A DNA stretch of 64,000 nucleotides, taken from assembly GCA_965204435.1 (NCBI GenBank), contig OZ241997.1, forward strand, positions 2,926,160-2,990,159, given 5' to 3'. The stretch's first letter is position 1. The number at the start of each line of letters is the position of its first letter. Under the pieces are notes generated by a model, which worked only from the letters and a program-made list of their open reading frames with translations, did not search any database and was not told where the DNA came from. Shown one piece after another: positions 46,126 through 56,367 of the stretch. The translations under genes and the position numbers were made by a program. The stretch is from Bryobacterales bacterium. Its GTDB lineage: Bacteria; Acidobacteriota; Terriglobia; Bryobacterales; UBA6623.

Positions 46126-48545
46126 TGTTCTGTGTCCTCCATGAGAGAGTCGAGGCCGCGCTCAAAGCCGAGATCTCGGATGGCATCGCGGCGGCGGGCA
46201 GCCTCGACCGGGTTGGTCGTGTACAGCCAGTAGCTGCGCCGGTCGACGCTGAGTTCGAGCACTTGCGCGAGACCCGGCCGGTGGAGCAGCAACTGGCGCT
46301 TGGGAACAAGCGCCCCGATGGCTTCCGCCTCGGCGGGCCTGAGTCCGAACGCGTCAGCGTAGCCGGAGGGATCGAGCTCCGGATTCGCCAGGAAAATCTT
46401 GGTCAGGCAGCTCTCGGCCACCGTGCGGCAGAGGCTGGCATTGGCCGTGGCGTCACCCGGCGACTGGGTGGCCAGTACCACGCCGGCGTTGCACTTGCGC
46501 CATGTCTTGAGACCCTCTCCCAAGTAGGCGCCGATGTGCGGGTCGGCCAGGAACCGCCAGGCCTCGTCCACCACCAGCAGCTTCCAGCGGCCGAGTTCTT
46601 CCGGGGCGGTGATCATCGTCCCCAGCCGGTGCAGCAGGTAGTACAGCAGGGCGCGCGCCAGCTCGGGCTTGCCCGCCGCCCCGGCCAAGTCGATGGCCTG
46701 CCAGTCGGCCAGGCTCAGGGAGTCCTCGGCGTTGTCGAAGACCGAGCCCCACACGCCGCCTTGGATCCAAGCGCCCAGAGGACCGCGCAAGTTGGCGGGC
46801 AGCAGGCCGTGCAGCGATGACAGCGTGCGCGCCTCCGGCTCGAGCTCGTAAAGCGCCTGAATCTGCGCGCGCAACTCGGCCCGCTGGCCGGCGTCGCACT
46901 GCGCGCCCTCGATCTCCAGCAGCATGCGCACGAACGAGACCAGGAACTGCAGGTTCTCCGCGGTCGGCTCGAGCGCGCGGAACGGATTGAGCTCGCAGGG
47001 CAGCCCGGCTGTGTCCAGCTGGAGGTGCAGGTAGGCTCCGCCGACCAATTCGGTCAGCTGGCGGTAGGACCCGCCCAAGTCCAAGATGCACACGCGCGGG
47101 TCGTACTTGCGGCCCTGGGCGAGCAGGAAGTTGAGCAGGAAGCTCTTGCCCGACCCGGTGGCGCCGATCACAAGGGTGTGCGCAATGTCGCCGGCGTGTG
47201 CCGCGTAATAAAACGGCGTGCGGCGGCTGGTCTCGAAGATCGCCAAGTGCTCGTCGCCGAGATGCCGGTCGCGTGGATCGCCCTCCGACACCGCCCACAG
47301 CGGCGCCAGATCGGCCGCGACCGCGGCGCTGAGGTACGTGTGCCGCAGCTGCCGCCTGTGGTTGCCGGGTGCCATGGCAAACCACGCGTTCAGGCCGTTG
47401 TACGTCTCGCGGTGGAAGCGGGCGTCGGCGGCCGCCGCGATCCGCAGCAGTTCCGGTCGCACCGCTTCGATCTGCACCGGATCGCGGCCGCGCAGCACCA
47501 CGCTCAGGCTGTGCTCGCCAAACGGCATGCCGTCGACCTCGAGCTCCCGCAACGCCTCTCCCAGCTGGACGGCCTCGGCTTGCGCCGCCCGGTCCTCCAA
47601 GGCCCCCTGCGCCTGGGGCGGCGCGTCTCCGGCCGAGGCGTGCGCCAGCATGCTGTAGCGCTTCTGGTGGTAGTGCCGGCGAGCGGAGCTCATCCGCCGG
47701 CGGGACTTGGCCGTGTCTTCCCTGCTCCACTCGCAGGCGAGGTCGAGTTCGGCATCCAGATCGAGGATCTCTCCGAAGAGGTGGGCCCGCGATGCGGCCG
47801 GAGGGTCCAGCAGCGCATAGGTCTCGACCCGTTCGGCATCCAGCAGCAGGTGGTCGCGGTACCCCTCGATATCGCTGAGGGCGAGCTGCCTGTCCAGGCC
47901 GTGCGGGGAAACGGACCGGGCTTCCGAAGCAGTGGAGCGAGAGTTGGCGGACAGCGCCAAGGCTCGGAACAGGTCCTCGCCTCGCAGCGCTTCGAGAGCG
48001 GTGACGTCATTGACCAGGCCGCAGAATGATGCCACCGCGCTCTCGAAGCGGACGCGGGCGGCGTCCACGTGCGAGGCCAGCACCTGCTTGGTGCGCTCCG
48101 GCGACAGCCAGAGCGCCGCCCGCGAGAGCATCGTGCCCGCCGAGGCCCGGCCGGCTCCCGCCGCCGGCGCCGGAGTCAGCTTGGGATCCCACGTCCAGAA
48201 CGCGTAGGTCTCGATCGAGTACAGTCCCTTGTCCAACAGGTGGGCGCGACGCACGCGGCGCGCTCTTTCTGCCAGCGGATCGGTAGGAATCCGCTGGGGG
48301 AGCGAGTCGAGCCTCCGCTTGCAGACCTGCCAGCGAATGCGCCAGCCCGGCGCCAGGCTCTTCAGCGCCCGCGTCCACCGCAGGCTCACGTACTCGAGAT
48401 CGGCGGCTGACCTGCACTCGAAGGGCGCTCCGGCGAGTCGCGCTCCGGCGAGCAGCTCGCCGCGCTTGGTCATCACGACGCCGTCGTCCACGAATCCCAG
48501 CCACGGAAGCTCGCGGTGCAGCGGGGCGGCAGTGCGTATCGTCAT
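46110..48545 (-). CDS. virB4: VirB4 ATPase
   Basis: HTLVIGATGSGKS, LDLGGSY, LLVVDEAW and ATQS. ATG at 48545 overlaps the virB3 stop. Confidence 0.93.
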   Translation of the reverse strand: MTIRTAAPLHRELPWLGFVDDGVVMTKRGELLAGARLAGAPFECRSAADLEYVSLRWTRALKSLAPGWRIRWQVCKRRLDSLPQRIPTDPLAERARRVRRAHLLDKGLYSIETYAFWTWDPKLTPAPAAGAGRASAGTMLSRAALWLSPERTKQVLASHVDAARVRFESAVASFCGLVNDVTALEALRGEDLFRALALSANSRSTASEARSVSPHGLDRQLALSDIEGYRDHLLLDAERVETYALLDPPAASRAHLFGEILDLDAELDLACEWSREDTAKSRRRMSSARRHYHQKRYSMLAHASAGDAPPQAQGALEDRAAQAEAVQLGEALRELEVDGMPFGEHSLSVVLRGRDPVQIEAVRPELLRIAAAADARFHRETYNGLNAWFAMAPGNHRRQLRHTYLSAAVAADLAPLWAVSEGDPRDRHLGDEHLAIFETSRRTPFYYAAHAGDIAHTLVIGATGSGKSFLLNFLLAQGRKYDPRVCILDLGGSYRQLTELVGGAYLHLQLDTAGLPCELNPFRALEPTAENLQFLVSFVRMLLEIEGAQCDAGQRAELRAQIQALYELEPEARTLSSLHGLLPANLRGPLGAWIQGGVWGSVFDNAEDSLSLADWQAIDLAGAAGKPELARALLYYLLHRLGTMITAPEELGRWKLLVVDEAWRFLADPHIGAYLGEGLKTWRKCNAGVVLATQSPGDATANASLCRTVAESCLTKIFLANPELDPSGYADAFGLRPAEAEAIGALVPKRQLLLHRPGLAQVLELSVDRRSYWLYTTNPVEAARRRDAIRDLGFERGLDSLMEDTEQCTTD

Positions 48546-48862
48546 CTGTCCGTGTCCGCCACGATCTGCAACGGCTCGGGGCCCGCAGCCCGCAGGGCGG
48601 GGTCGTAGCGCCGGCTGCAACTGGCCGACCGCAGCAGCACGCTCGGCAGGCAGGGATCGAGCTTGGTGACCACGAGCCCGGCCCCGTAGCCGGCGCTGAA
48701 CAGGAGCAGTCCGGCAATGGGGGCGTTGAACGAGCTGAACGCGGCCGCGCCCACGCAGGTCGCGCCCATGAACAGGCGGCGCTCGCAGCCGAGCACCGTC
48801 AGCGGGCGGCTCAGCGCAAGGTAGGTCCCGTGCAAGGCCGGCGTTCCGTCCGATTGGCTCAC
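48542..48862 (-). CDS. virB3: VirB3/TrbD
   Basis: ALSRPLTVLGCERRLF, two TMs, DP motif. GTG overlaps the virB2 stop. Confidence 0.85.
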   Translation of the reverse strand: MSQSDGTPALHGTYLALSRPLTVLGCERRLFMGATCVGAAAFSSFNAPIAGLLLFSAGYGAGLVVTKLDPCLPSVLLRSASCSRRYDPALRAAGPEPLQIVADTDR

Positions 48863-49158
48863 GGGAACAGCCACTGCATGAAGTTGACAGCGCCGATCGC
48901 CATGCCGACGCCGAAGATGAGACCGGCCAGGGCGCGCTTGCTGCCGCCCTCGCCGAAAGCGAACATCAGGCCGCCGATGACGATCGCGATCAGGCTCAAG
49001 CCGCGAGCGATCGGGCCGGTGAAGGCGGCCTGCAGCACGGTGACGGCTTGCAGCCAGGGGCTGACCGTCTGCGCAAGCATGACTTGCGGCAGGGCTAGCG
49101 CGACGAGCGCTAGCCGGCCCAGCCTGCGCCGGGCCAGTGAGTGGAAACGTTGAAGCAT
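48859..49158 (-). CDS. virB2: VirB2/TrbC pilin
   Basis: SPWLQAV..FTGPIARGLSLIAIVIGGLMFAFGEG; RBS AGGAGG. Confidence 0.9.
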   Translation of the reverse strand: MLQRFHSLARRRLGRLALVALALPQVMLAQTVSPWLQAVTVLQAAFTGPIARGLSLIAIVIGGLMFAFGEGGSKRALAGLIFGVGMAIGAVNFMQWLFP

Positions 49159-49289
49159 AGGTATGCCTCCTTGAGGTCAAGTGGAAGGAAGAGTTCCGCA
49201 GCGTCCGCGCCGGGGCCTGTCAGGTCCGGTTTCACAGTGTTTGATGCCTCGCACCCGCGGCAGCGCACACCGCAGAACTCAATAGAAGT

Positions 49290-49370
49290 GAGAATACTCT
49301 ATTTATAGATAAAATGTCAAGCGTTTCGGAGAATTTTCTTGTAGTTCTGAAATATATGCTCTATTTATAG
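49290..49370 (-). promoter_or_regulatory. Sigma70-like promoter of the T4SS operon with two operator-like repeats
   Basis: Minus strand reads TTGACA(49320)-N18-TATTCT. The motif AT(A/G)CTCTATTTATAG occurs at 49294-49308 and 49356-49370. Confidence 0.65.
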
Positions 49371-50022
49371 TTCCAACTATTTGTAATCAGTGAAATATTT
49401 GCGGCAGACCTCGGGGCCAGCGGTCAAGGTGATCGCCACTTGTGTCCGAAAACGTAGAGAATTTGCTTTGCGTAGCACCTCATCCAGCAGTGGTTGGGAG
49501 GCATAGTTTCTCTGAGAGCCCAGTGATGCGATCATCGCTCGGAACAGGTCTCTGACGCCCTCATACCCTCCGTGCTAGGAGATCCTGTGAATCTCAGGTC
49601 CGCCGCACTCGGCCGCCGGGACGTATCGCATGGACTTGCTGTCTTGACCGATGAAGATTGCGCAACCGCATGGGCAAACGCATCGCAGAAACCATAGGCA
49701 GGCTACAGGGCATAGGGTGCAATCCCTAAGTGTTTGACTGAATGCCGGCGCGCTCGGACGCCCCCCGTTACAGCTCCAGTGGGTCGCAACGTCCCGCGTA
49801 GATGCCGCAGGTGCCAGCAGCACCCCGCGAGGAGCCGGCGACGGTCCCACGCATGGAGACAGCCGCGAGGTGTCGCCCTCTACGCGTTCGAACGTCGCCG
49901 GAGCCATCGATTCAGGCGCCCCGAATCGAATGGCACCGCTCGAGGAACGTGCGGTCGGCGAGGATGAGCCCAAGCCGACACTCGAACTCCTACCGGCTGA
50001 AATCGTGGCCTTCGCGATCTGG

Positions 50023-50790
50023 TTAGCGGAGGCGTTCTTGTGCTTCCTGCATGCGGCGGCTCGTCTCGTCGGCGCCCTGCTCGGCAGCGAGCGGCTTGGT
50101 AGGACGCGACGGAAGCGGCTGGCGCGCGCGCTTGGCCTCCCGACGCCGTACGTCGGCCAGCCTCTGGGCATACCCCTGCAACCAGTCTGCGCACCATGGG
50201 GCCGGGTTGGCGACCTGCCGGCAAACCTTCCCCCGCTCCAGCCGACATTGCTCGACAGGTCTGGGGAGGTGGAAATCATCATGCTCGGAATTGTCGAGGA
50301 GCTGGAGCTGGTCGAATCGCTCTGCCGTGCGGCGCAGGTTGGACAGGGAGTACCTCCAGCGTTCGGGGATTCGTTGCGGGTCGACCATGTGACCGGTGCC
50401 GGCGAACACGCGCTGCTCGATCCTGTCGATGTTGATCCGCGGATCGTTGGTGCCGAAGTACACCCCCTCGACGCGGTAGCCAGCCTCGATCACGCGTTCC
50501 ACGATGGCAGGTCCGGGCTGTCCGGAGTAGGTGCTTTCGGTGCCAAAGTCCAGCCGCTGCCCGATCGCTTCCGCGATTTGCGCATCAACGTACACTCGCG
50601 TTCGGGCGCGGGCCTCCGGGCTGTTCCAGTCCCCGATGCCGCCAGCAATCGAGTCTTGGTCGAAATAGCGCGTGGGCAGCAGGTCGTAGTTCTTGCGCTT
50701 CCAGGCACTCTTGCCGACGCCATTGCAACCCATCACGATGGTGAATACCGGACGGGGGTCGATCAGCTCGGACATGTCCTCATTGTCCAT
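50023..50790 (-). CDS. Zeta-toxin-like / predicted P-loop ATPase
   Basis: Motifs IVMGCNGVGKS, FGTESTYS, RIEQRVFAGTGH and LLDNS. Confidence 0.8.
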   Translation of the reverse strand: MDNEDMSELIDPRPVFTIVMGCNGVGKSAWKRKNYDLLPTRYFDQDSIAGGIGDWNSPEARARTRVYVDAQIAEAIGQRLDFGTESTYSGQPGPAIVERVIEAGYRVEGVYFGTNDPRINIDRIEQRVFAGTGHMVDPQRIPERWRYSLSNLRRTAERFDQLQLLDNSEHDDFHLPRPVEQCRLERGKVCRQVANPAPWCADWLQGYAQRLADVRRREAKRARQPLPSRPTKPLAAEQGADETSRRMQEAQERLR

Positions 50791-51039
50791 CAGATCTGAC
50801 TGCCCGGCGATCCGCCGGGTTGAGCGAGACTCCACCGAGGTGGAAGTGGCAGCGATCGCGGAGCTGCGGAGCGTCGATCCGCGTCCTGCGCGACCAATAG
50901 CTCCGGGATGACCTGCAAGCGATCGATGGGTGCAGCTGTAGCGGTTCCTCAGCCCATCTCGCAGCCTCCGGCCAGGAATTGCAGAGTCCGCCCGCCGAGC
51001 GGCACCCAGTGCTCGCGCTTCGGCCAGCAAGATGAAGGG

Positions 51040-51330
51040 GCGTACGGCTGTACTCCTTCTCGCAAACGCTCATTTGCTCAAGTCCCTGCCGAGGCGTACC
51101 GGATCAGTGGCGAATGACCCTGATCGCGTTGCGCCGAAGAACGACGCGGCACCGACGATGCCGCTGGCGCGCGAAGAGGTCCGCGCCATGTTTGCGGCGG
51201 CCGGCGGAGGGACGCGGGAGGGGGCCCTGCTGATGCTCATGCGGTACTCGGGCCTGCCATCCGGGACGCCTCCACACTGCGCCGCGACGCCTTGGACGGC
51301 GCGGGTCTGACGATGCAGCGGGCCAAGAGC
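51040..51330 (+). pseudogene. Tyrosine recombinase/integrase fragment
   Basis: PTMPLAREEVRAMFAAA..ALLMLMRYSGL is box I; the frame is broken immediately afterwards. Confidence 0.65.
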
Positions 51331-51359
51331 GCGAGCTGGTGACGGTGCAGGCGTTCGAG

Positions 51360-51640
51360 CGCCTCGAGGCCGATTACCGGGGAGCTGGTCAAATCCTTGC
51401 GGATCGGCGGCACTGTCGAGGCGCTCCGCTCGGCAGCGATTCAGGCACCCGAGCTGCGCGGCTCCCATGTCGTTGGGTGGGCGGTCCTAACGCTTGTAAG
51501 GCTGGCTGACGCGGGCAGCATTGTCGAGGCGGGCGACGTCGTCGCCGAGTTCGAGCTCAAGCGTTTGGGAGACCACATCGCCGAGGTGGAATCGTATTTG
51601 ACGCAGGCGAATGCGAACCTCCGCAAGAGGCGCTCCGGGC
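51360..51640 (+). pseudogene. Fragment of an efflux periplasmic adaptor (HlyD-like)
   Basis: LRIGGTVEALRSAAIQAP..LVRLADAGSIVEAGDVVAEFE followed by a helical stretch. Confidence 0.5.
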
Positions 51641-52981
51641 CGAACGCCGCAAACGAGAGCCCAACCCCTCGCTGACATGGTTGAAGTCGCGCGCGCCCAT
51701 GCGTTGCGCCGGCGTCGTCGCTAGTCCCCTGACGCGCGGGGATGCACCAGGATTCCGAGTGGCGCTCGACTTTTGGTGAACCGTGACCGATCAGTTGAAT
51801 GAAAAGCGCGACCAAATCGGCACAATCCGTATTGTGGCCGTACTTTCTCGCACCATGCTGCTCCATCCGGCTTGCGACAGCGGCACTCCCGGATTCCGTG
51901 CGATGCGCTGGTCGACCGCCTCCGCGCAGCCGCCCCGGAGAGGTGGATCATCGCCGCTGAGTTTCATGGGGAGGTCCTGCTGCATCGGTGAGCACATACG
52001 AGAATTGTCCAGTCTAGTTGCAGCTACCCACTTACGGAAGTTCCGTCGGGAAGCCCCATTCGCTGGCCTTCAGGTCCGGTTCAGACACCAAGCGCATCGG
52101 ACTTCGGCTGAGCCTTGGACCAGCAAGCGACTGTTAGAGTTGCCACCCATACAGGAACCGCAGGAAATCCGCGGTCAATTTAGCGGCAGGAGGAACGGGA
52201 ATCAGCTCGCGTGTCCGCTTCGGGGCACGTCGCCCGTTCCACGCGGGCGACTCGCGATCCACCAGAAGCAACCGTCTCGTTCAGTCTGCGGAGAACACTT
52301 GGACTAGAACCGCTATGCGACAGGACGTAACGTCGGCGACGAGCAGTTCGAAATGGGGTTCTGAGGGTGGCGCCCAACAGAGCACTCTCTACGACCTTTC
52401 GCGTCAGAACAGGTCGTGCTCGATCCAACGAATCTCGACTGGTCCCGTGAATCTGCAAGGCGCCTCTTCCCCCGATGTCCGTGGTGGATTGATCTACTCG
52501 TTGAGCTCGGCCGTGGGTAGCTGGTAGGTCGGGCGCACAAGTTCGCCTTGGCGCGGCTGGGACTGTCCCGCGGCGGCAGCCCGCCGGAATCGCAGCCCGT
52601 GTTAGGAGAAGGGCGGTCCGACAGACCGACAGCCGTTAGGAGCCTGTCGGCCTGAGGGCCGACTTCCCGGGCGCTCTCTAGCGCCCACCCGCGCTCCTCG
52701 CACCGCGACTGCCCGAGGTCCGCTTAGGCTAGACCCCGCCGCCGCGCGCTGCAGCCCCAGTCCCGAGGGGTCCCGGTGCGGCGCTTCGCCAGTACTCCAG
52801 AACGTGGGATCGCCCTGACGCCGTTATGTTAAGTTTAGATATACAGAACGGAAATAACAATGTCGTTTTCGTCAAGAACAACCTGCGGTCGCACGCAAAG
52901 ACACTGCAGTCGGCGTGACCCGTCGCGAGTTCCGACGCTGCGGCGGACCGCCGAGCGTGCCGCACCGACAGGACAGACGAC

Positions 52982-55327
52982 ATGAGCAACGCCGACGACC
53001 TGCGGCGCGAGAACGGCGCCCTGCGCGAGCGCTTCTCCACTCTCGACGCCGCCATCCTGCGGATCAACGCCAGCCTCGACCTCAACACTGTGCTGCGCGA
53101 TGCGGTTGAGAGCGCCCGCCTCCTGACCGGCGCGAGCTACGGCATCATTACCGCCCTCAACGAGGAGGGCACGCAGTGCGAGCCGGTGTTCTCGGGCTTC
53201 ACCGACGAGCAACAGCGCGAGATTGCCGCATGGCCCGGCAAGATGTCCGTGTTCGAGCACCTGTGCAGCCAGCCTGGGCCGGTGCGGGTCGCGGACCTGG
53301 CGGGCTACGTCCGCTCTCTCGGCATCGAGCCAGGCCGGGAGTTCTCGCGCAGCTTCCAGTACACGCCGATGCTCCACCGCGACATCCACGTGGGCCAGTT
53401 CTTCCTCGCCAAGAAATCGGGCGCGGAGGCCTTCACCAACGAGGACGAGGAGGCGCTGACGCTGTTCGCGGCCCAAGCCGCGGCGGCGGTCGCCAACGCC
53501 CGCGCGCATCACGGCGAGCGGCGCGCGCGGGCTCGGCTGGAGGCTCTGGTCGAAGCCTCGCCGGTCGGTATCGTGGTCCTCGATGCGCAGAGCGGTCGGC
53601 CGGTGTCATTCAACCGCGAAGCACGGCGGATCATGGAGAGCCTGGATCCGCGGCGCCGCCCGCCCGAGCTGTTGCTGGAGCTGATCCAGTGCCGGCGCGC
53701 CGACGGCCGCGAGATCACCCTGAGCGAGTTTCCGCTCGCGCAACCGCCCGGCGCCGGCGAGACCGTGCGGGCCGAAGAGATTCAGCTGTCGGTGCCGGAC
53801 GGGCGCAGCGTGAGCACCCTGGTCAAATCGACCCCGATCCAGTCGCCCGGCGGGGGCGTGGAATCGGCCGTGGTAACGCTGCAGGACCTAGCCCCGCTCG
53901 ATGAGATCGAGCGCCAGCGATCCGAGTTCCTGAGCTTGGTGAGCCACGAGCTGCGCATGCCCCTGACCTCGATCAAGGGCTCGGCTGCGACCCTGCTGGA
54001 GGAGGGCGAGGCGCTCGAGGCGGCCGAGCGGCGTGAGTTCTCCCGCATCATCGTCGAGCAGACCACCCACATGCGCGGTCTGATCAGCGACTTGCTAGAG
54101 GCAGGGCACATCGGGGCGGGCACGTTGACGGTCGCGCCGGAACCGGTGGAAGTGGCCGAGTTGGTAGAGCCGGCGCGCAGCGCGTTCCTCAGCGGGGGCG
54201 GCCGGCATGGCATCCTAGTCGACCTGCCGGCCGGGCTGCCGCGCGTGATGGCGGAGCGCCGACGCATCGTGCAGGTCCTAGCCAACCTGATCGCCAACGC
54301 GGCTCGGCACGCCCCGCCGTCGTCGTCGATCCGGATCGCGGCGGAGCGCGACCAGGCGCATGTCGCGGTCTCGGTCAGCGACGAGGGGCGCGGCGTGGCT
54401 CCGGAACAGCTGCCGCACCTGTTTAGCCGGCAGGCAGCCGGCAAGGAAGGGGTTCCGCTGGGTCGCGGCCTGGGGCTGCTGATCTGCAAGGGGCTGGTGG
54501 AGGCGCACGGCGGGCGCATCCGAGCCGACAGTCCCGGCCCCGGCCGCGGCACGACATTCACCTTCACGATCCCCGCTGCCGCCGAGCCCGGCGGCGCGGC
54601 GACGGTCCCATCCGAAGACCCTCGACTGGAAGCCGCGGATCCCGGCGAGCCGCCACGCATCCTCGTGGTGGACGACGACCCGCAGACGCTGCGCTTCGTC
54701 CGCGACGCGCTTTCGCGGGCCGGCTACGCCCCGCTCCTGACGGGCACCCCGGAGGAGATTCCGCACATCATCCAGAGCAAGCGGCCGCAGCTGGTCCTGC
54801 TCGACCTGCTGCTGCCCGGCGGCGACGGCATCGAGCTGCTGGGGCGGGTGCCCGAGCTCGCCGAGCAGCCAGTCATCTTCATTTCCGCCTACGGCCGCGA
54901 CGAGACCGTCGCGCGCGCGCTCGAGTCCGGCGCCGCCGACTATGTCGTCAAGCCCTTCTCGCCCACGGAACTGGTCGCCCGGGTCCGGGCGGCGCTGCGC
55001 CGGCACGCCGAGCCGCCGCCGTTCGAGGTCGGGGAGCTTGCCATCGACTACCAGCGACGCCGGGCGACAATGAGCGGGGCAGCCGTCGATCTGACCGCCA
55101 CTGAGTACGAGCTGCTCCGCCTGCTCTCGCTGCAGGCAGGGACGGTTGTGACCCACCAGACCCTGTTGCGGCGGGTGTGGGCCAGGCACGAGCGACCCAA
55201 GGCCAACTTGGTGCGCATCTTCGTCAGGAATCTCCGCCGCAAGCTCGGCGACAGCGCCTCCCGGCCGACTTACATCGTCAACGAGCGCGGAGTGGGCTAC
55301 CGCATGCCTGCGCCAGGCGACCTGTAG
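52982..55327 (+). CDS. Soluble hybrid GAF-PAS-HK-REC-wHTH regulator, copy 3
   Basis: VSHELRMPL, NLIANAARH, GRGLGL, VVDDD..LLDL..KPF and LTATEYELL..VGYRM. Confidence 0.92.
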   Translation: MSNADDLRRENGALRERFSTLDAAILRINASLDLNTVLRDAVESARLLTGASYGIITALNEEGTQCEPVFSGFTDEQQREIAAWPGKMSVFEHLCSQPGPVRVADLAGYVRSLGIEPGREFSRSFQYTPMLHRDIHVGQFFLAKKSGAEAFTNEDEEALTLFAAQAAAAVANARAHHGERRARARLEALVEASPVGIVVLDAQSGRPVSFNREARRIMESLDPRRRPPELLLELIQCRRADGREITLSEFPLAQPPGAGETVRAEEIQLSVPDGRSVSTLVKSTPIQSPGGGVESAVVTLQDLAPLDEIERQRSEFLSLVSHELRMPLTSIKGSAATLLEEGEALEAAERREFSRIIVEQTTHMRGLISDLLEAGHIGAGTLTVAPEPVEVAELVEPARSAFLSGGGRHGILVDLPAGLPRVMAERRRIVQVLANLIANAARHAPPSSSIRIAAERDQAHVAVSVSDEGRGVAPEQLPHLFSRQAAGKEGVPLGRGLGLLICKGLVEAHGGRIRADSPGPGRGTTFTFTIPAAAEPGGAATVPSEDPRLEAADPGEPPRILVVDDDPQTLRFVRDALSRAGYAPLLTGTPEEIPHIIQSKRPQLVLLDLLLPGGDGIELLGRVPELAEQPVIFISAYGRDETVARALESGAADYVVKPFSPTELVARVRAALRRHAEPPPFEVGELAIDYQRRRATMSGAAVDLTATEYELLRLLSLQAGTVVTHQTLLRRVWARHERPKANLVRIFVRNLRRKLGDSASRPTYIVNERGVGYRMPAPGDL

Positions 55328-55380
55328 GCCCTATCCACCGGGTGGGCGAAGCTGGCTCCAGCCGCTAGAACTTCGCGCGC

Positions 55381-55695
55381 GACAGCCCGCAGATGCTGCG
55401 CTACGTGCGGGACCCACTCAGCGCCGCAGGCTAGCTACGATGTGGCCGTCACTGGAGAGGCGGGGGAGGTGGCCGGCCTCGTCCGGACACACCGGCCCGC
55501 ATTGGTCCTGTTGGACCTGGCGCTGCCCGGTTCCGACGGGATAGAGCTGCTGGAAAGGGTCCCCGAGCTGACCGACCTGCCGGTCATCCTCATCTCCTCC
55601 CACGGCCGGGAGGAGACAATCGTCCGGGCGCTCGATGCAGGTGCCGCCGCCTACATCGTCAAGCCGTTCTCGCGATCCGAGCTGGCGGCGCGTGC
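55381..55695 (+). pseudogene. Isolated REC-domain relic of a fourth paralog
   Basis: DSPQMLRYVRD..[GCTA duplication]..LVLLDLALPGSDGIELL..YIVKPFS. Confidence 0.8.
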
Positions 55696-55797
55696 GGTCA
55701 GCCCTACGCCGGCGCCCCGAGCCCGAGGCCGATGACCCGAAGTGAACACGAGTCCCGGGCGCTACCAAGTGCTGTGGCGGATCTAGGGCGCGGAAAC

Positions 55798-56160
55798 GGC
55801 CCGGCCCGTTTCGCGTGGAGATTGTCGACTACCATTGACCGGATTTTGTGACGCTTGTCCCAACTCACCGAGCGCCCACCCATCCCGGGGAAATGCTCTT
55901 GGAGGACTTCCTCAAGCCACTGGAGCTCACCCAACGCGATCTGGCCGACGCGATTGGCGTGCCGTACCAGCGCGTCAACGAGATCGCGCGTCGCAGAAGG
56001 GGCGTGGGCCCTGCGGCTCGCCAGATTCCTCGATACGTCACCAGAGTCTTGGATGAACCTAGAGTTGACTGGGGATCTATTCCGCGCGCAGCAGGTCGAA
56101 GAGGAGGATCTCAAGAGGAAATCCCCCTTGTTGAAGCCATCCGGTGTCGTAGTGCGCTAG
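55798..56160 (+). pseudogene. higA: Decayed higBA: higB 3' stub plus frameshifted HigA antitoxin
   Basis: ..VEIVDYH* ends at 55838. PTHPGEMLLEDFLKPL..VNEI is followed in another frame by ALRLARFLDTSPESWMNL. Confidence 0.82.
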
Positions 56161-56367
56161 AACGGTCTGGCAGGGGAGTTCATTCGTCGATGCGATCTGG
56201 AATCCATCGGCGGAAGGCTGCGCAGGCAGGCGGATCCCAAGCTGCCCCAAACGAGTCAGAGCCCCGTTCCAAGCGTTGCTACCTGCTCGTAAGACCCCTT
56301 GTCACGAGCCCGTTTTTCGGCTATTTGGAAATTAAGCTGCAAAATCGCCGAGAAAACACGTGTCCAA

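Noticed and set aside
52600-52735. Possible MITE or IS5-like ends (TTAGGAGCCTGTCGG)
   Set aside because: The matching inverted end is too degenerate and there is no second copy in the window to support it.
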